The position numbers and the translations under genes are program-made. The notes beneath the pieces were generated by a model that was not told where the DNA came from, did no database searches, and was given only the letters and a program-made list of their open reading frames with translations. From positions 1,664,001-1,728,000 of the forward strand of contig OZ253553.1 in the NCBI GenBank assembly GCA_965262715.1: DNA of 64,000 nt, in the 5' to 3' direction. Source of the stretch: Bdellovibrionales bacterium (GTDB lineage Bacteria; Bdellovibrionota; Bdellovibrionia; Bdellovibrionales; JAUICD01). This document shows, in pieces, positions 1-10,603 of this stretch (position 1 is the stretch's first letter; each line of letters begins with the position of its first letter).

Positions 1-46
1 GTTTGTACCTATTACCTCTAATTTCTTATATAAAAGGGCTGTCTTC

Positions 47-140
47 CTCAAAATAAATCACGCCTCTGGCGTGCTTTCTGGCACTGATCCGATGGTTAAA
101 AGCCATCGGATCAGTGCCTAGAAAGTCTATTCATTTTGAG
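47..140 (+). repeat. Structured intergenic repeat, family A (nested hairpin)
   Basis: Outer arms CTCAAAATAAAT...ATTCATTTTGAG, CCTCTGGC motif, inner stem GGCACTGATCCGATGG/CCATCGGATCAGTGCC; related copies at 14480, 15726, 44824, 45251, 56129. Confidence 0.75.
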
Positions 141-232
141 TAAAAGCCATCTCAAGGAATGTTTTGTATAATACAAAATTGGCAGTTCTTCTAAAAAATT
201 TATCTCTAATAGCATTTTTGAGATGGCTTCTA
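141..232. mobile_element. MITE-like element, family B (TIR ~TAGAAGCCATCTCAAAA)
   Basis: TAAAAGCCATCTCAAG...TTTGAGATGGCTTCTA; similar ends at 4943-5203, 15435-15520, 15639-15723. Confidence 0.6.
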
Positions 233-454
233 ATTAATTAATAAACTTACAAATAAGGAGAACAGATCCATTCTATTAAAGCCGAAAATTTTAAAAAGAA
301 CATCATAAGAAGTATATACATATTGAGACATAACGGATTATTCTTGGTAGATTACAGTCTTTTGTTCTAGTCTATGATAGATTGAGACAAAAGGAGATAG
401 AGATGACATAAAGAAATGGTGTTCTAGATGGCAAAAAAAGGTTATATCTTTATT

Positions 455-1933
455 TTACTTAAAAGTTTTTGTGACAGCAGCCTGCCATTTCTTTAATCGA
501 GTATCTATTTGCTGTTTTGATAACTTTGGTTGAAACTCCTTGCATTCTTGAAAAGACTGGTAAAGATCAGAGGTATTTTTCCAAAGGCCTACGCTCAAAC
601 CAGCCATCCATCCAGCTCCTAATGCTGTTTTTTCAACCATATTATCTCTTATCACTGGAATTCCTAAATAGTCAGCTTGGTATTGCATTAAAAGGTTATT
701 TTGTGAAGCGCCTCCATCTACTTTAAGATTTTTTAGCTTTTGAAAGTCTTTTTCTATAGACCAAATCATCTCGCAATTTTGCAGGGCCATCGCTTCTAAT
801 GCAGCTCTTGCAATATGAGCTTTATTACATCCTCTTGTTAATCCAGATATCATACCACGCGCATCAGCCTTCCAATAAGGAGATCCAAGCCCTGTAAAGG
901 CAGGGACAAACTCAACGTCTTCTGTACTTTTAACTTGCAGGGCTAAACTCTCAACTTCATCAGCATTTTTGATCAAGCCCAGTCCATCCTTGAGCCATGA
1001 AATCACAGAACCACAATTTAAAACACAGCCTTCTAAGGCATAGATCATTTTATTGTCTTTGAGTTGCCATGCGATTGTACTTAGACTCGCATTAGAACGC
1101 ACAAGATGCTCTCCTGTATTTAAAAGCAAGAAACTGCCTGTACCAAAAGTGCACTTAGCATCTCCTAAATTAAAACAGCTATGCCCGAATAATGCTGCCT
1201 GCTGATCTCCGATCATCGCAGTGATAGGAATACCATCTGGTAAAACTTTTAAACCTTTCGTAAAACCAAAGTTATGGCCAGATGGATGGATTTCAGGTAA
1301 GAGATTATCAGGAATAGAAAAAATATCTAATAGTTCTGAATCCCAATGGCCATCTTGTATATTCATAAGTTGAGTTCGAGAAGCATTAGATACATCTGTT
1401 GCATGCGCCTTGCCACCTGTTAAATGCCATAATAAAAAAGTATCAACTGTTCCTAAAACCAAATCACCTGATTGTGCTTTTTTAAGGGCACCATCAATAT
1501 TTTGTAATATCCATTGCACTTTTGAAGCACTAAAATAAGGATCGATTGTAAGACCTGTTTTTTCTTTTATAGCTTTAACAATTGTATTATCTTGAAGAAG
1601 CTTTTCACAAAAAGGACGACTACGACGACATTGCCAAACAATTCCATTATAAATAGGCTGACCAGTTAAGCGATCCCAAACAAAAACAGTCTCTCTTTGG
1701 TTGCTTATACCTATAGCAGCGATCTGACTGTGATCAAAGTCTTTAGTCACACCTTCAATAGCATGCAAGACACTTTGCCAAATATCTTCAGAGTTATGTT
1801 CAACCCATCCTGGCTTTGGAAAAATTTGACGAAATGGTTTAGTGCTTTTTTTGACCAAATGACCTGAACTGTTCATCAAACAAGCTGTTGTGCCTGTGGT
1901 CCCCTGATCAATAGCTAAAATATATTTTGACAT
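455..1933 (-). CDS. glpK: Glycerol kinase
   Basis: AIDQGTTGT, GWVEH, NQRET, DPYFSASK, GDQQAALFG, YALEG, DGGAS motifs of FGGY glycerol kinase. Confidence 0.95.
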   Translation of the reverse strand: MSKYILAIDQGTTGTTACLMNSSGHLVKKSTKPFRQIFPKPGWVEHNSEDIWQSVLHAIEGVTKDFDHSQIAAIGISNQRETVFVWDRLTGQPIYNGIVWQCRRSRPFCEKLLQDNTIVKAIKEKTGLTIDPYFSASKVQWILQNIDGALKKAQSGDLVLGTVDTFLLWHLTGGKAHATDVSNASRTQLMNIQDGHWDSELLDIFSIPDNLLPEIHPSGHNFGFTKGLKVLPDGIPITAMIGDQQAALFGHSCFNLGDAKCTFGTGSFLLLNTGEHLVRSNASLSTIAWQLKDNKMIYALEGCVLNCGSVISWLKDGLGLIKNADEVESLALQVKSTEDVEFVPAFTGLGSPYWKADARGMISGLTRGCNKAHIARAALEAMALQNCEMIWSIEKDFQKLKNLKVDGGASQNNLLMQYQADYLGIPVIRDNMVEKTALGAGWMAGLSVGLWKNTSDLYQSFQECKEFQPKLSKQQIDTRLKKWQAAVTKTFK

Positions 1934-2186
1934 AGAGCAGCCTTATATCAAACAAAAATCAAGTATTACTCATTATCTTATCACCAGCTACACTTCTTGT
2001 GCCTGATAAGTTGGAAGTCTCATATAAATCTAAATATTAATCAAGTGAAAAATACTTCAAAATGGCCTTGTTGCGCAAATACTGATTTTAAGGAATATAT
2101 ATATGAAAGTTAAGGTGAGTTAACAATATTGGTTGGCTTTTGATAGATTTCTGACTTGTCTGTGGCAAACCACTAGTAAAGGTGTA

Positions 2187-2564
2187 TTATCTTGGTTCAT
2201 CTTGATCTTGGTTTTTTATAGGTTCTTTTTGAGAAAAGACAAAAACCATATCTTCTTCCCCAGCCATATCAAAACGTTCCATAGCGAGTTCTTCCAGGTA
2301 ACTTGGCATATAGTGTTTTTGTATTTCTAATGAAATATCACGGCTTTTTTCCTTGAATTTGTTAATACTGTCAATTAAAGCAGCTTTTTTTTGAGATAAC
2401 TTCCAAATTTTTACTGCTGTACCATCTGTGATCAGGTGAAAAACCACCATGATCAGGCAAGCTCCTAATATGATTTGAGGAGACATGAGTATTTTTTCTA
2501 TGTAATGACGACGTTTCATGGTTTCATTGTGAATGAGTATATATAAAAAAAAAACAAGAATCAT
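2187..2564 (-). CDS. Septum formation initiator (FtsB/DivIC-like); start may be at 2521
   Basis: TM helix, coiled coil and 'YLEELAMERFDMAGEEDMVF' resembling the FtsB C-terminal motif. Confidence 0.65.
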   Translation of the reverse strand: MILVFFLYILIHNETMKRRHYIEKILMSPQIILGACLIMVVFHLITDGTAVKIWKLSQKKAALIDSINKFKEKSRDISLEIQKHYMPSYLEELAMERFDMAGEEDMVFVFSQKEPIKNQDQDEPR

Positions 2565-2652
2565 TCATTCAAAGTCTAATGTATAGTTTTATGACTTAAA
2601 AAAAGTTATAAATCATAAAATAAAGTGGCACATAGATCAATAGTCATACATA

Positions 2653-3948
2653 ATGAAAGTAAGAGAGGGGAGTATGAAACCTGCTGTAAATACATCCATT
2701 GCAACTCTTAAAGAATCGGCAACTCTTATGATCAATGAGAAAGCTAAATCACTGCGCTCGGCAGGGCATTCTATTTGTCATTTTGGATTTGGCCAGTCAC
2801 CTTTTCCTGTTCATGAAAGTATTCAGGAAGAGTTAAGAAGAAATTCTTATAGAAAAGATTATCTGCCTACATTAGGACTTTTAGAACTGCGAGAAACTAT
2901 ATGTGATTTTTATCACAAATATTACAAATATGAGTTTAGTCCAGATTGTATTTGTATTGGGCCAGGGAGTAAGGAGCTTATCTTTCAGGTTTTATTTATT
3001 TTAGAAGGACCTCTTTTGATTCCTGCCCCCAGTTGGGTCAGTTATGGCCCTCAGGCACATATTCGTGGTAAACAGGTCTATGTCATACATACATCTAGAG
3101 AAAACAAATATAAGGTAACATCTCAAGATCTACAAAAAGCGTGCGATGCTCATCCAAATAGTCCTCAAAAAATATTGATTATTAACAATCCCAATAACCC
3201 TACAGGAATTGTCTATTCTGATGAAGAAATTGAAGATATCAGTCAAGTAGCGCGTAAGAATTCTGTAATTATCATTTCAGATGAAATTTATGCTTTAATT
3301 AATTTTAACCAGTCTTTCTCTACTGGTTTTTCCTCCCACTATCCGGAAGGTACCATTGTAACAGGAGGTCTAAGTAAGGGGCATTCTGCTGGAGGATATA
3401 GGCTAGGCTTTATTGCTGTACCTAATAATATGCAATCTGTGATTAAGTGCCTTATTTCGATGGTCAGTGAAACTTTTAGCGCAGTTAGTGCCCCTATTCA
3501 AGCATCAGCAATTGCTGCTTTTTGTGGAAATAAGGAAGAAATAGCCTATACACAAAAATGCACAGCAATTCATAAGGCTGCAGGTTATTATATGCATAAA
3601 AGATTCTTAGAAATTGGGGCCTTTTGCCATAAGCCAGAAGGAGCTTTCTATGTTTTTCCTGATTTTATGGATATGAAGGGTTGGCTTAAATCTAAAGGTA
3701 TTATCAATTCACCAAATTTAAGTGACGTTCTTTTAGAAGAGATAAAGGTAGTGACTCTTCCTGCTTATGATTTTTATTGCTATAAAGACTATTTGGCCTT
3801 ACGTATTGCTACAGTGGATTATAATGGAGCTCAAGTTTATCAAGCAAGTTTGGAATATCCTAGAGATTTAGATGATCAATTTATTGAAGAAAATTGTCCT
3901 CATCTTAAAGAGGGTATGGACCGCATTCAAAAATTCTTTGACAAATAA
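2653..3948 (+). CDS. PLP-dependent class I/II aminotransferase (aspartate aminotransferase-like)
   Basis: GSKEL, PSWVSY, NNPNNPTG, SDEIY, GLSK...GYRLG motifs. Confidence 0.9.
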   Translation: MKVREGSMKPAVNTSIATLKESATLMINEKAKSLRSAGHSICHFGFGQSPFPVHESIQEELRRNSYRKDYLPTLGLLELRETICDFYHKYYKYEFSPDCICIGPGSKELIFQVLFILEGPLLIPAPSWVSYGPQAHIRGKQVYVIHTSRENKYKVTSQDLQKACDAHPNSPQKILIINNPNNPTGIVYSDEEIEDISQVARKNSVIIISDEIYALINFNQSFSTGFSSHYPEGTIVTGGLSKGHSAGGYRLGFIAVPNNMQSVIKCLISMVSETFSAVSAPIQASAIAAFCGNKEEIAYTQKCTAIHKAAGYYMHKRFLEIGAFCHKPEGAFYVFPDFMDMKGWLKSKGIINSPNLSDVLLEEIKVVTLPAYDFYCYKDYLALRIATVDYNGAQVYQASLEYPRDLDDQFIEENCPHLKEGMDRIQKFFDK

Positions 3949-4007
3949 GCAAATAAACCTATCATTGTTAATATTCAGAAAATCAGATGAGAGCTAGAGG
4001 ATGAAAA

Positions 4008-4904
4008 ATGAGCACGAATAAGTCTGTGTATCATGTATTGAGTTTCTATAAGTTTATAGATATCTCTAAAGAGGATACTTTAGACTTAAGTCAGTCATTA
4101 CAAGTATTAACTGAATCTCTGCAGACTAGAGGCCTTGTTCTTATAGGTAGAGAAGGCATCAATGCAACAATTTCTGGAAAAAAATCAGCTCTTTCTGAAA
4201 TTAGATCTTTTTTAGATAAGCGTATTGGAGAGGATACTCCTATTGTCTATAAAGAAAGTCTTTGTGATTTTCTACCTTTTAAAAGAATGAAGGTCAAGAT
4301 ACGAGAGGAAATCATTAAGATGAAACCTATGCATCCGGATGATATTAAGGAAAACTCTGAACACCTCTCTCCAGAACAGTGGCGTAAAGCTCTGCAAGAA
4401 AACAAAGGGTTATTTTTAGATGTGCGCAACTGGTATGAAACTCAAATAGGCACATTTGAAGGTGCTCAGGCTTTAAATATAGAGGCCTTTACCGATTTTA
4501 TGGATGCTTTTAAGAAACTTAATGTTTCTAAAGATCAACCTATTTATACTTTTTGCACAGGAGGTATTCGTTGTGAAAAAGCCAATGTAGAGATGCAAAA
4601 GATGGGTTACCAGCAAACTTATCAGTTAAAAGGAGGTATTTTAAATTATCTTCAGAACTATATAGGCAGCAAAGACAGTAAATGGCAGGGAGAGTGCTTT
4701 GTCTTTGATCACCGTGTGGCTGTAGATGGCTTAATGCAACCTTCTAAAATCTATTGTCTTTGTCCACACTGTGGTCAACCTGGTGGGAATGTCTTAGATT
4801 GCAAGGAGTGTGGTCGATCAACAAAAGTTTGTGACTCTTGTTTAACATCTGATCAATTTCATACATGTTCTAAAAACTGTGCCTATCATTATCAAAAGAA
4901 GTAA
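4008..4904 (+). CDS. trhO: Rhodanese-domain tRNA uridine(34) hydroxylase (UPF0176)
   Basis: FYKF, EGINATI, DVRNWYE, CTGGIRCEKA, GGILNY, CFVFDHRV, C-terminal Cys cluster. Confidence 0.9.
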   Translation: MSTNKSVYHVLSFYKFIDISKEDTLDLSQSLQVLTESLQTRGLVLIGREGINATISGKKSALSEIRSFLDKRIGEDTPIVYKESLCDFLPFKRMKVKIREEIIKMKPMHPDDIKENSEHLSPEQWRKALQENKGLFLDVRNWYETQIGTFEGAQALNIEAFTDFMDAFKKLNVSKDQPIYTFCTGGIRCEKANVEMQKMGYQQTYQLKGGILNYLQNYIGSKDSKWQGECFVFDHRVAVDGLMQPSKIYCLCPHCGQPGGNVLDCKECGRSTKVCDSCLTSDQFHTCSKNCAYHYQKK

Positions 4905-4942
4905 CCAGTTAATTTTGCATAAATTAATATCTTAAATATAAT

Positions 4943-5203
4943 TAAAAGCGGCCTCAAGAATGCTAGGTCTACTATATTTGAACTTACCTTAATGTAATGA
5001 TCTAGAGTTATGGCAGGCTTCTTCCATAGGCAACAGGCATCCCCCGTGCCTTGTGTTTCTGTTATTTTAAGAACCTATTATAGAATAAAATATTTTATAA
5101 AAGCCTTGTCTTCTGAGGCACTGGCCTAGGCCTATTTCAGAAGTCTGCCATAACTCTATCTCAATATTGCAAAATGCAAAACTGATTTTTAAGACTGCTT
5201 CTA
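4943..5203. mobile_element. Family B MITE-like element containing a nested second MITE (5003-5158)
   Basis: Outer degenerate TIRs TAAAAGCGGCCTCAAG / TTTAAGACTGCTTCTA; inner 20-bp TIR TAGAGTTATGGCAGGCTTCT / AGAAGTCTGCCATAACTCTA (19/20 match). Confidence 0.6.
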
Positions 5204-5235
5204 GCTTTTTTAAGGATTTTTTCTAAAAAAGAATA

Positions 5236-6279
5236 TCATTTTATTAAACTATTTTGACAAGCTTGTTTTAATTCCTCTTTAATAACTAGTTCATCAGATG
5301 GATCAAGGAAAATTAAGCCATTGCCAGTTTGATTGCGAATAGCTCTAATAATATTTTGTCGTCTCTTTTGACGTAGGTCTTGTGCTTTATTGAATGTTTG
5401 CACAAGTGGTTTTATATGTTCTCGAGCACTCTCTTTAACTCCAAGGCTATCTAAAAGGTTTTCAAGTTCACTATCTGAAACTTTTAAAGAACCTCTTGTT
5501 TGCTGATTTTGCATAAAATTAAGAAAGCCCAATAATTGATCTTCTGTGAAAAAATGACGGTAACTTTCTAAAATAGCTACTGTGTAATTTGAAATATCCT
5601 GATTGTATTGATCTATTTGCTTCTCTAAAGTATGTAGATATACTTGCTCCTTCTCTAAAGAATGATCTTCCATCAAAGGGACTATTTTAACCTCACTGAT
5701 GGAATGGACATTATTAGCAAAAAAGATAATATAAGGATCATACATAAGAGAGAGTAGTTGCTGTGTTTCCTCCTGACTCCATGTATCTAAAGGACTTAAA
5801 TTCGCATTTAAGAAATTCTTGTTTGCAAGATAGGAGGCAGTTTCAATATGAATAGGACGAATCTCTAGTTCTTCTGGAAAACGGTCTACACCAATCCAAT
5901 CTAGATTTCCAGAGTCAGCTGCCTCCTTTATTTTTTGAACACTGGATTGCCTAGATTCGATGATTTCTTGTTTATCTCTGATTATTGCATTTAGCGAAGT
6001 GGCGATTTGTTGCCAGCTTCCAGAAAGCAGTCTAGCTGTAGATAAGGCATCTTTTAAAGAGGAAGGGTTATCTAAAATATGGTGAGTAGCTTCTCTACCG
6101 ACAAAGGAAGGATGGGTTATAGGTAAAGTATATATTTGTCTATCACGAATAATGCTGACGACTTCAATGCTATTGGAATGATTAGAGTGCTCACCTGATT
6201 CTTGTGCGGATACCTTATAAGCTATCAACAAGACCATCAATAAAGGTAAATAAAATACTAACTTCACTGGATGCCTCAT
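5236..6279 (-). CDS. Secreted protein, divergent member of the local 4-gene paralogue family (possible TraB/ChaN/EreA-like fold)
   Basis: Signal peptide; RQIYTL, LDWIGVD, GNGLIFL, ACQN motifs shared with the 28799, 30685 and 31880 ORFs. Confidence 0.7.
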   Translation of the reverse strand: MRHPVKLVFYLPLLMVLLIAYKVSAQESGEHSNHSNSIEVVSIIRDRQIYTLPITHPSFVGREATHHILDNPSSLKDALSTARLLSGSWQQIATSLNAIIRDKQEIIESRQSSVQKIKEAADSGNLDWIGVDRFPEELEIRPIHIETASYLANKNFLNANLSPLDTWSQEETQQLLSLMYDPYIIFFANNVHSISEVKIVPLMEDHSLEKEQVYLHTLEKQIDQYNQDISNYTVAILESYRHFFTEDQLLGFLNFMQNQQTRGSLKVSDSELENLLDSLGVKESAREHIKPLVQTFNKAQDLRQKRRQNIIRAIRNQTGNGLIFLDPSDELVIKEELKQACQNSLIK

Positions 6280-6330
6280 TAAAGTAAAACGTCTTTTGCT
6301 ATTTTAATTTTAATTCAAAAAATAGAAGGT

Positions 6331-6394
6331 ATGAACATAACGAATACATACCATGAACATAACAAATACATACCATGAACATAACAAATACATA
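6331..6394. repeat. 22-bp tandem repeat, ~3 copies
   Basis: ATGAACATAAC(G/A)AATACATACC repeated ~2.9 times upstream of the 6279 start. Confidence 0.85.
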
Positions 6395-6670
6395 GAAAGA
6401 AAACAATAATGCTATAAGTCTATAAAAAAGGAATACCCTGATGTAAAAGGAGTATTGTTAAAGAAATATATAAAAAATTTTCACAAAGAATAACCTTGTA
6501 CATACAATAGCCTTAGAAAAGTTATAAAAATCCATTAGTGCTTGGGAAGGAATTTTTTAGATGCGAAAATTCTTACAGCTACCAGACTTCAGATACGGTT
6601 GCCAGCATCCCAGGTCCCATGACAATAGGTATTGTAAAAAGCAAAACTTATTTTGTCAGATCACTTCTAG

Positions 6671-7990
6671 TTACTTTAGTCTTACTAATTCTTTGTATGA
6701 AAAGCATCCGCTTGCCTCACCTATATCACAAGCCTTCTTAAAAAGCAGTTTAGCTTGATCAATACTTCCCTGTCTTTTTTCAAGGTCTGCAAGGATCATA
6801 CAATCTTTAATTTCGCCTTTGTTACAGGTTTCTTTGTAGGTTTGCCTAGATTGGTTGATATTTCCATATCTCTCTTCAAGCCATACAAGGAAATAGCATC
6901 CTCCATATAGCTGAGAGCTTTTATAACAAAGCCTTTTGTAAATTTGTCTAGCTTGGTTGATATTTCTTTGTTTTTCTTCAATGTCTGCAAGAATCCTACA
7001 ACCATGTCCACTTGTACCTTCACCTTTAAGTTCACTTTTTTTACTTTGATCTTCATTTTGATCACAAACCTTCTTATAGAGCTTTTTGGCTTGATTGATA
7101 TTTCCTTGCGCCCTTTCAAGATTCCCAAGTTTAATGCATTCTCCTATTTCATTTCCATCACAACCTTTTTTGTAAAATTGTTTAGCTTTATTGATATTTC
7201 CTTGCGCTTCTTCAAGGTCTCCAAGAATCACGCATCCACGCATTTCACCTTTATCACAAGCTTTCTTATAGAGTAGCTTAGCTTGATTAGTATTTCCTTG
7301 TTTGTCTTCTATTTCTCCAAGCAAGAAACAACCTACTAATTCACCCTTATCACAATTTATTTTGTAGAGCTGCCTGGCTTTATTGATATTTCCTTCCCTT
7401 TCTTCAAGGCTTGCAAGCACAAAGCAACTTTTTACTTCGCCTTCTTCACACTTCTTTTTATAAAATTGTTTGACCTGATGAATGTTTTTTTGTTTTCTTT
7501 CAAAAATTATAAGTTCAAAACAACTCCATGCTAGCATTTCATTTTGATCACAGTTTTTTTTGTAAGCTTGCCTAGCTTGATCAATATTCCCTTGCTCCTC
7601 TTCAAAAGATCCTAAAGCATGACAAGCCTCCATTCTATGTGCTCTATCTACACCACTTGCAGTATCACAAATTCTTTTGTAAACTTGTCTAACTTGATCA
7701 ATGTTTCCTTGTCTTCTTTCAAGATATCCAAGAGCAAGACATCCTTTCACCTCACCTGCATCACAAGCCTTTCTGTAAGCTTGCCTAGCCTGATCTATAT
7801 TTCCCTGGGATTCTTCATTAAATCCAAATTGCATACAAGCTTGCACCTTGTTTTGATCACAAAGGTTTTTATAGGTTTCGTTTTGATCTTGATCTATCAG
7901 ACTCAATTTGTCTTTTGTCTTTACATGAGAACATCCTTGTATAAAAAATATGACCAATAGCATAACAAAACTCTTTCTAAAGACCATCAC
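6671..7990 (-). CDS. Sel1-like/HcpA-type Cys-rich repeat lipoprotein
   Basis: Lipobox IQGC; ~11 repeats of GNIxQAxxxYKKxCDxGExxGCxxLG. Confidence 0.9.
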   Translation of the reverse strand: MMVFRKSFVMLLVIFFIQGCSHVKTKDKLSLIDQDQNETYKNLCDQNKVQACMQFGFNEESQGNIDQARQAYRKACDAGEVKGCLALGYLERRQGNIDQVRQVYKRICDTASGVDRAHRMEACHALGSFEEEQGNIDQARQAYKKNCDQNEMLAWSCFELIIFERKQKNIHQVKQFYKKKCEEGEVKSCFVLASLEEREGNINKARQLYKINCDKGELVGCFLLGEIEDKQGNTNQAKLLYKKACDKGEMRGCVILGDLEEAQGNINKAKQFYKKGCDGNEIGECIKLGNLERAQGNINQAKKLYKKVCDQNEDQSKKSELKGEGTSGHGCRILADIEEKQRNINQARQIYKRLCYKSSQLYGGCYFLVWLEERYGNINQSRQTYKETCNKGEIKDCMILADLEKRQGSIDQAKLLFKKACDIGEASGCFSYKELVRLK

Positions 7991-8313
7991 GATATCTCCT
8001 TTTATTCGACTAATAATTCATCACTGACTTATAAGCTATTGTTTTTACTTTTTATTCCATATATAGATTGACTGTCAATTGAAATGACAAGACAATTTTG
8101 CAGCTTATATTAGTGCTACCTCATAATAACATTACCATCTTTTAGTAACAGATATTCATAAGGTCATTTGAGGCTAAATTATGCGAGCAATCATTTATCT
8201 ATTGTTGTTGTAAATTGTTGGCATATTAATTAAAAAGCGATAGAAGAATCTAAATGGAGTGAGAAAAGTGATGTACTCCATTAAGTGTTAAGGTTTTAAA
8301 AAAGGAGTAGTTT

Positions 8314-9381
8314 GTGAGTCAAGTAAGTAAAAGGTTGAATTTTGTTGAGTATATTTGGTTGGATGGGGCATCTCCTGTTCAACAATTGCGTTCTAAAACT
8401 AGAATGCTTTTTCACCAAGAAGATAGAGATATAGCGTCTTTTCCTGTATGGGATTTTGATGGGTCTTCGACTTGGCAGGCAGCAGGGAACAATTCAGATT
8501 GTGTTCTTAAGCCTGTTTTTTCAACAGTAGACCCTTTAAGGCAGGAAGATAGCTATCTGGTTCTTTGTGAAGTTTTGAATGCTGACGGCAAGCCTCATCC
8601 CACAAATAAAAGGCATCACCTCTCTCAACTGATGCAAAAGGCTAAGGATCATGATCCTTACATTGGTTTTGAGCAGGAGTATACTTTTTTTGCAGGTGAG
8701 TCAGAGTCAGATAAGTGGCCACTTGGATGGCCTAAAGCGGGTTATCCCATTCCACAAGGTCCTTTTTATTGTGGTGTGGGGGCAGGTCGTGTTTGTGGAC
8801 GTGAAATCGTAGAAGAACACACTATGGCTTGTCAGGTTGCCAATTTAAATATTTATGGCACAAATGCAGAAGTGATGCTGGCTCAATGGGAGTTTCAAAT
8901 TGGTCATCGTAGTGCTGATGAACCATCAGATCCTCTTTTGATGGCAGATCATCTTTGGATAGCTCGCTATCTTTTAAAACGAGTTGCAGAAGAATTTGAC
9001 GTGACGGTTTCTTTCGATAACAAGCCTGTACCAGGTGATTGGAATGGAGCAGGTATGCACACCAATTTTTCTACAAAGGATACGCGCAATCCAACTAGTG
9101 GGATGGATGCTATTCATAAATCTATCTCGAAGCTAAAGGCTTGTCATCAGGAGCATATTAGGAGTTATGGTCATGATTTAGAATCTCGTTTAACAGGTCT
9201 TCATGAAACCTGCCATATTAATGAGTTCACATCAGGTCCTTCTCATCGTGGGGCTTCTATACGTATCCCTGTATTCACTCAAAAAAGGGGTCATGGATAC
9301 TTTGAAGATCGACGACCTGGTGCAAACGCAGATCCTTACGTTGTTGCAACTCAACTTGTGGAAACTCTATGTTGTCATTAG
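8314..9381 (+). CDS. glnII: Glutamine synthetase type II
   Basis: EYIWLDG, LRSKTR, FDGSSTWQA, GFEQEY, PQGPFYCGVG, NAEVM..QWEFQIG, GDWNGAGMHTNFS, RLTGLHET, YFEDRRP; 355 aa. Confidence 0.9.
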   Translation: MSQVSKRLNFVEYIWLDGASPVQQLRSKTRMLFHQEDRDIASFPVWDFDGSSTWQAAGNNSDCVLKPVFSTVDPLRQEDSYLVLCEVLNADGKPHPTNKRHHLSQLMQKAKDHDPYIGFEQEYTFFAGESESDKWPLGWPKAGYPIPQGPFYCGVGAGRVCGREIVEEHTMACQVANLNIYGTNAEVMLAQWEFQIGHRSADEPSDPLLMADHLWIARYLLKRVAEEFDVTVSFDNKPVPGDWNGAGMHTNFSTKDTRNPTSGMDAIHKSISKLKACHQEHIRSYGHDLESRLTGLHETCHINEFTSGPSHRGASIRIPVFTQKRGHGYFEDRRPGANADPYVVATQLVETLCCH

Positions 9382-9562
9382 TCATTGATAATATAGATAA
9401 GATTTGTGAGTGAAGGTTTTTAATGAATGTTAAAGTATTGACCTTTTAAATAAATATAAGGGTCTTTTACCTCTAGCTTGAGGCTTTTGATTTTTACAAA
9501 TTCATCTTTTTTTCTTAAAATTTAACATAAAATAGATTATTGAATACATGGAGTAAGGTCTT

Positions 9563-10321
9563 ATGATGACTATTTTGAGTAAATCAGATGTGAAAAAAAT
9601 GGCAAAGTCTGGTCACTTAGCAGCATCTACTTTAGAGCATGTAGCCCCATTTATCCAGCCAGGTATCACTACATTAGAGATTGATAAAATTTGTCATGAT
9701 TTTATGGTGAGTCATAATGCTATCCCTGCCACTTTGAATTACAAAGGATATCCTAAATCTTGCTGCACATCTGTCAACTCTGTAATTTGTCATGGAGTTC
9801 CTGACAGTACAGTTTTAAAGGAAGGTGATATTGTAAATGTAGATGTCACTACCATTTTAGAAGGATTTCATGGAGACACATCTAGAACATTTTATGTAGG
9901 TGAAGTCTCTCTGGAGGCAAAAAGACTTACTGAAGTCGCAGAAAGTGCTATGCATAAAGGGATAGAGGCTATTTCTCCAAATGGCACTGTTGGAGATATT
10001 GGATTTGCTATAAATAAATATGTGACAAGGAAAGGTTTCTTTCCTGTAAAAATGCTAGGAGGTCATGGCATTGGACGGCAATTTCATGAAGAACCTTTTG
10101 TACCTTCTTTTGGTAAAAAAGGACAAGGAGCTTCTTTGGCTCCATACCACTGTATCACAGTAGAGCCTATGGTGAATTTAACAGATGCTGCTATTAAACA
10201 ATATCCTATACCAGGTTCACAGCATATGTGGTTTGAGGCAGAAGATAAGAGTCTATCTGCCCAATTTGAACACACAATACTTGTCACAGAAAATGACTAT
10301 GAGATTCTAACAGTTTGTTAA
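9563..10321 (+). CDS. map: Methionine aminopeptidase type I
   Basis: SVNSVICHGVP, DVT...GFHGDTSRT, GHGIG..FHEEP, EPM, SAQFEHT. Confidence 0.95.
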   Translation: MMTILSKSDVKKMAKSGHLAASTLEHVAPFIQPGITTLEIDKICHDFMVSHNAIPATLNYKGYPKSCCTSVNSVICHGVPDSTVLKEGDIVNVDVTTILEGFHGDTSRTFYVGEVSLEAKRLTEVAESAMHKGIEAISPNGTVGDIGFAINKYVTRKGFFPVKMLGGHGIGRQFHEEPFVPSFGKKGQGASLAPYHCITVEPMVNLTDAAIKQYPIPGSQHMWFEAEDKSLSAQFEHTILVTENDYEILTVC

Positions 10322-10521
10322 TTGATCATAGTCGTTCTTGATTCATAACCAGTTAAGCTTTCTTTATTCCGTGATCCGGCAATCACGGACAATCTGGAAA
10401 ACGGATCCATTCCATTAGTATCAAGTAACAGATGGCGGAAGCTGATTGCCAGGTTACCTGTCTCCCGGAATTCCGGAAGAAATTAGGTAATATTTGTATA
10501 ACTATTAGATCAAATAATTCG

Positions 10522-10577
10522 AAAAAACAAAAGCCAAGCTAGGGGAACTTGGCTTTATAAGGGATTAAGGGGGATAC
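10522..10577 (-). ncRNA. Candidate sigma54-dependent small RNA, copy 1
   Basis: Starts 12 nt after the -12 C of CGGCATAGGCTTTGCA; GUAUCCCCCUUAAUCCCUU then AAAGCCAAG/CUUGGCUUU hairpin and U-tract. Confidence 0.6.
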
Positions 10578-10587
10578 TTTATTAAAA

Positions 10588-10603
10588 TGCAAAGCCTATG
10601 CCG
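10588..10603 (-). promoter_or_regulatory. sigma54 (-24/-12) promoter motif; also at 11008-11023, 11429-11444, 11848-11863
   Basis: Minus strand CGGCATAGGCTTTGCA = GG-N10-GC. Confidence 0.65.

Noticed and set aside
8218..8236. sigma54 promoter upstream of glnII (TTGGCATATTAATTAA)
   Set aside because: -24 element present but no -12 GC
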